Source of the DNA: an uncultured Pseudomonadales bacterium
GTDB lineage: Bacteria; Patescibacteriota; Microgenomatia; UBA1400; CAYXSR01
Reading direction: 5' to 3'
Length of the DNA stretch: 64,000 nt
NCBI GenBank assembly: GCA_964430265.1
Contig: CAYSEI010000002.1
Coordinates: 141,209 to 205,208, forward strand
Part shown: in pieces, positions 60,035 through 64,000 of the stretch
Layout: the number at the start of each line of letters is the position of its first letter
How positions within the stretch are numbered: the stretch's first letter is position 1
Made by a program: the position numbers and the translations under genes
The notes under the pieces: model-generated
What the model saw: only the letters and a program-made list of their open reading frames with translations
Told to the model about the DNA's origin: nothing
The model's database searches: none

Positions 60035-61061
60035 TTATTGGTAGGTAAGCAAGAAACTCATTATCACCTTCAAAAACTAAAACCGGTTGCATGAATCTTT
60101 GTGGTTCAAAAGAATCATAGTATGCAATATAAACCCTTCTGATTGATACTTGTTTATTCTCACCTTTCCAGCTTGCAATATATCCTTCGCCTTGCTGTAG
60201 TTGTTTCCAGGCTTGATCAGCTGTTTTGATTGGATAAGTAGTTTCTGAATCATAATTAACCGGATAATAATTGTATTCTGCTTCCACAATTTTCATTTTT
60301 GCATTTGCATAATCGGTAAATATGATTGAAAAAATACCGTGTTCTTTAGTAGGTGTTAAAACAGGAAATTCATTAATATCATTACGATACATTTCAACAC
60401 GGACAAAGTCTGCTTCCGAAAGGCTTACAGCAGGAACAATCTCATTAGTCATTGCTTTTTCATAAAAAACTTCAGCTATATCAGTCGGAAGATCATCTGT
60501 ATCTAAGCCTGACTGGGCAAGAAATTTCTTTGCTTCAATTTTTGCTTGTTCTTTTCCCGGAAGGCTGATATTCAAAAAAATATTTTGATCGTTTTGCCAA
60601 TCGTATTTAATAGTAAAAGAACCATCAACAATATTCATTTCCAAGGTGGAAGTAGCATTAGTTCTTTTCCTCCAGCGGTAAACTTCTGAACTTACAGCCT
60701 GAGGCTCACCGGTATATCCCATTTGGGTTGCTTCGGTTTTAGCTCTTTCCAATGCCAGAAGATTAGGCCGTTGATAAGGCATAAAATATACTTTTGCCCG
60801 ATCAGATAATGTAGGCAGTTCTCCTGAAGGAGTTTGTAAAGAATATTTTAAATCAGTGGGATAATTACTCCTTGGGAATTTTAGTCTGTCCAGTTTACCA
60901 AAATCCACTGTTGGAGGCGGTGGTGGAGGCGGGTTTAATTTTTTGTAAATGGAGATAGCAGTGCTGATAGTAATTCTTAAAGTAAAAAAGGCAGCCAGCC
61001 CAATTCCTGCATATTTTAAACCTTTACGGGTATAATGTGCAGTTTCGGTTAAGTTTGTCAT
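60012..61061 (-). CDS. Hypothetical membrane-anchored extracytoplasmic protein
   Basis: N-terminal TM followed by a P7 linker; 349 codons. Confidence 0.8.
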   Translation of the reverse strand: MTNLTETAHYTRKGLKYAGIGLAAFFTLRITISTAISIYKKLNPPPPPPPTVDFGKLDRLKFPRSNYPTDLKYSLQTPSGELPTLSDRAKVYFMPYQRPNLLALERAKTEATQMGYTGEPQAVSSEVYRWRKRTNATSTLEMNIVDGSFTIKYDWQNDQNIFLNISLPGKEQAKIEAKKFLAQSGLDTDDLPTDIAEVFYEKAMTNEIVPAVSLSEADFVRVEMYRNDINEFPVLTPTKEHGIFSIIFTDYANAKMKIVEAEYNYYPVNYDSETTYPIKTADQAWKQLQQGEGYIASWKGENKQVSIRRVYIAYYDSFEPQRFMQPVLVFEGDNEFLAYLPIITEEWYQ

Positions 61062-61105
61062 TATCTTGAGTATAATAGAAGCATCTGCTAAAATTCAAGA
61101 TACAT

Positions 61106-62530
61106 ATGAAAAATATTAGAGTAAGAATCGCACCTTCACCAACAGGTATGCCGCATGTGGGAACGATGTGGCAGGCACTTTTTGTCCGTTCCTTTGCTAA
61201 ACACTTTAAAGGAAAATTTATAGTTCGGATTGAAGATACTGATCAAGACAGAATAGTTAAAGGTGCGGAACAAGCCTTGTATGATGCGCTGGAATGGCTA
61301 GGTCTTGAAGAAGATGAAAGCCCAAGAAAAGGCGGTAAATATGGGCCGTATAAGCAGTCAGAAAGGTTGGAGACATACAGAAAATATGCTGAAAAGCTTT
61401 TAGAAAAAGGCCATGCCTATTACTGCTTTTGTTCAGAAGAGCAATTAAAAAAACTACGCGAAGAACAGAAAAAACAGAATCAAATACCTAAATATGACGG
61501 CCATTGCAGAACTCTTTCTCAACAAGATGTAAAAAAGAAACTACAGAATAATGAAAAATATGTAGTCAGAATGAAGATTCCGGACAGCAAAAAAATTATT
61601 GTTAATGATCTTTTAAGAGGTGAAGTTAAGTTTGATAGTAATATCTTGGACGAGCAAATAATTTTAAAATCAGACGGTTTTCCCACTTACCATTTAGCAG
61701 TTGTAGTTGATGACCATTTAATGAAAATCAGCCATGTTGTTAGGGGAGAAGAATGGCTTTCTTCTGCACCTAAACATGTTCTTTTGTACAAATATTTAGG
61801 CTGGGAAATTCCCACTTTGGTACATACACCAATATTGAGAAATCCAGACAAAACTAAACTTTCAAAAAGACAAGGCCATACAAATGTGATGTGGTTTAAA
61901 AAACAGGGATTTTTGCCTAAAGCGTTGCTTAACTTTTTAGCTCTTTTAGGTTGGTCCCATCCCCAGGGAAAAGAAATTTTCTCTATAGAGGAATTTATCA
62001 AGCACGTGCATTTAAAAGACTTGTCTGTTATTGGACCGGTTTTTAATATGGAAAAACTGGACTGGATGAATGGGAAATACATTCGCAACCTGTCGGAAAA
62101 AGAATTATTTGAATATGTTAAAAAATATTCACGCTTTCCTATAGAAGAAATTGATTATAAATTAATTCTGCCGCTTTTACAGGAAAGAATTAAGAGGCTG
62201 GGTAATGTAGATCAATGGCTCGGATTTATATTTGAAGAAGTGGAATTTGATAAAGAAGAACTTTATAAAAAGGGTGGGAACCAAGAACTAATTAAAGAAC
62301 AGTTTGAAACAATAGCAAACAAACTGAAAGATATTGAAGAGTGGGAAACAGAAGAAATAGGGGAAACGCTTAAACAAATAGTGATTAATCGTGATCAGTG
62401 GAAAACAGGCCAATATTTTATGGCATTAAGAGTGGCAATTACCGGATCTTCAATCTCTTTGCCTCTTTTTGAATCAATTGAATTATTGGGAAAAGAAAAA
62501 ACACTTAAACGCCTCAAAACTGCTTTATAA
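61106..62530 (+). CDS. gltX: Glutamyl-tRNA synthetase
   Basis: APSPTG.PHVG, RIEDTD, YYCFC, RGEEW, KLSKR. Confidence 0.98.
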   Translation: MKNIRVRIAPSPTGMPHVGTMWQALFVRSFAKHFKGKFIVRIEDTDQDRIVKGAEQALYDALEWLGLEEDESPRKGGKYGPYKQSERLETYRKYAEKLLEKGHAYYCFCSEEQLKKLREEQKKQNQIPKYDGHCRTLSQQDVKKKLQNNEKYVVRMKIPDSKKIIVNDLLRGEVKFDSNILDEQIILKSDGFPTYHLAVVVDDHLMKISHVVRGEEWLSSAPKHVLLYKYLGWEIPTLVHTPILRNPDKTKLSKRQGHTNVMWFKKQGFLPKALLNFLALLGWSHPQGKEIFSIEEFIKHVHLKDLSVIGPVFNMEKLDWMNGKYIRNLSEKELFEYVKKYSRFPIEEIDYKLILPLLQERIKRLGNVDQWLGFIFEEVEFDKEELYKKGGNQELIKEQFETIANKLKDIEEWETEEIGETLKQIVINRDQWKTGQYFMALRVAITGSSISLPLFESIELLGKEKTLKRLKTAL

Positions 62531-62614
62531 ATTCCGGATTTCAAATCTGAAATCTGTTTAAAAATGCTGAATATTTGAATTTAGAAAATGGTTTTTATAT
62601 AATGAAGATTAATT

Positions 62615-63655
62615 ATGAAATTTTTTAAGACTCTTCGTTGGATAATTTCCCTTCCTTTATGTCTGTTGTTATTTATAATGATAATTATTGGCTTAAATAG
62701 CGTTTCTATTTCAAGTAATTTAAGCAACCCAGAGACCTTAAAAAAAAGTTTGGATAAAGGCGGAGTTTATAAAGATCTTCCACGAATAGTTACAACCCTT
62801 ATTAAATCTAATCAAAAAGGAAGCGAACTTAGTCAATTACCTTTAGGCGAAAAACAGATGGAATCTTTAATAGGAGGTGTTTTTGAACCAAATTGGGTGA
62901 AGAAAAATGTTGAAAAAGTAATTGATTCAGGATATCTATTTTTAGAAGGAAAAACCAATATTCCTCGTTTTACAATTGATATAACAGACAGAAAGACAAT
63001 TTTGATTACAGAGTTAAACACACAAATTCAAAATACAATTGAAGAGTTGCCAGTATGCAGTCCTATGCAGGAAGCACAAATTATTAACAACAAAGTTAAT
63101 CCGGTTGAAATTGGTTGCTGGCCAAGTTCAATAGATAAATCAAAAGCTAACCAAATGGGTGCACAAATGGGAAAACAAATAGAAGGACAGTTAAATAACA
63201 ATGAGATGTTAAAAGACGGCTCTTTTAAATCAAAAGATTTTATAAAAATTAAGAGAACAGAAGCTGCAAAAATTCAACAGGCATATTTACACTTTAAAAA
63301 AGTACCACTATACATTTTGTCATTAATTTTTGTATTATCCTTGATTATATTTGTAATAGTGCCCAATATGACAAATAAACTTAAAACAATTGGATTTATT
63401 TGGATAATATCTAATTTAATTTTATTGGGTTTGCAGATGTTTATTAGGACTCAGTTATTCAACCTGTTGGCTCAAGAATTCAAAAAACAAGCTGAATTTA
63501 AAAGTCCGGAGAGATTGTTGCAGCTAGTCAATAAACCAATTAACTTAGCTTTACAAAGTATTTCAAACCAGGTTATTATTTACAGTTTAATAATGCTGAT
63601 TTTGGGTATAGTTATGATTATTCTTGGTAGTAAGACAAAATCCTCTCAAAATTAA
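62615..63655 (+). CDS. Hypothetical membrane protein
   Basis: One N-terminal TM, soluble domain with a Cys pair, three C-terminal TMs. Confidence 0.8.
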   Translation: MKFFKTLRWIISLPLCLLLFIMIIIGLNSVSISSNLSNPETLKKSLDKGGVYKDLPRIVTTLIKSNQKGSELSQLPLGEKQMESLIGGVFEPNWVKKNVEKVIDSGYLFLEGKTNIPRFTIDITDRKTILITELNTQIQNTIEELPVCSPMQEAQIINNKVNPVEIGCWPSSIDKSKANQMGAQMGKQIEGQLNNNEMLKDGSFKSKDFIKIKRTEAAKIQQAYLHFKKVPLYILSLIFVLSLIIFVIVPNMTNKLKTIGFIWIISNLILLGLQMFIRTQLFNLLAQEFKKQAEFKSPERLLQLVNKPINLALQSISNQVIIYSLIMLILGIVMIILGSKTKSSQN

Positions 63656-63700
63656 AATATAATTTGTTTTAATTTTAGTTATTTGGACAAAGACATATCT

Positions 63701-63747
63701 CTCTTTGAATCAATTGAAGTTTTGGAAAAAAAAACACTTAAACGCCT
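63701..63747 (+). repeat. Degenerate copy of the gltX 3' end (62465-62514)
   Basis: tttgaatcaattgaa and aaaaaacacttaaacgcct occur in both places. Confidence 0.85.
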
Positions 63748-63825
63748 TCAGAAAAAAGTTTAATTTTCCTAGAGTTTAAATTTTTTGACTTCGCGGGAAA
63801 ATTAAGATATTGTTAAACAATAGCT

Positions 63826-64000
63826 ATGAACAAAAAAACCTCAAAAATCTTTATTATATTTCTATTAACTCTTCTGATTTCAGCTTTAGCATATTACTTT
63901 TTTCTAAAGCCGGAAAAAAAATATACCGGTAAAATGGAAAAAGTACGTCTGGCACTTTCCCAGTTGGAAGCAACTTCTTTAATTCGGGTGGCTTTAGACA
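63826..64000 (+). CDS. Partial ORF, probable ABC substrate-binding protein (SsuA/NMT1-like)
   Basis: MNKK + TM + EKVRLA..SLIRVALD; runs off the window. Confidence 0.55.
   Translation, partial: MNKKTSKIFIIFLLTLLISALAYYFFLKPEKKYTGKMEKVRLALSQLEATSLIRVALD

Noticed and set aside
1-64000. CRISPR array, rRNA, transposase, intact integrase or prophage
   Set aside because: No regularly spaced repeats or recognisable genes of these kinds were seen.
1-64000. UGA recoding (genetic code 25)
   Set aside because: rplN, rplX, rpsE and recA end at TGA at their expected C-termini, and conserved genes are uninterrupted under code 11.

Overview
A low-GC, gene-dense chromosomal segment, most likely from a Patescibacteria/CPR bacterium (Microgenomates-like). 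This placement is an inference from the missing rpmD (uL30), a compact RNase P RNA, a short AspRS and a TRAM-less MiaB; the genetic code is standard (TGA is a stop). 1-18.7 kb is the fusA-tuf-S10-spc-alpha-rplM-rpsI ribosomal superoperon, with cmk inserted between adk and map. A small PadR/cupin/ABC islet follows, ending at tRNA-Pro(GGG), then recA-recX-rny-HU and two ABC systems. 31.8-54.5 kb is rich in tRNA-maturation genes: a rare tRNA-Ile with a UAU anticodon, tsaD, a TsaC-TsaE fusion, miaB, rnpB, rrf2-iscS-iscU, an exported AmmeMemoRadiSam B-A fusion and cca. The rest holds secDF, recJ, two orphan genes behind terminator-containing leaders, aspS, a D,D-carboxypeptidase and gltX. The most notable signals are (i) an unannotated 30-codon leader peptide with a complete 1:2 / 2:3 / 3:4 attenuator in front of an orphan gene, (ii) the tRNA-Ile(UAU), (iii) the TsaC-TsaE fusion, (iv) an ATP-cone/PD-(D/E)XK nuclease, and (v) structured leaders of rny and rpsJ plus widespread apparently leaderless promoters. 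No CRISPR array, rRNA, intact integrase or transposase was seen.
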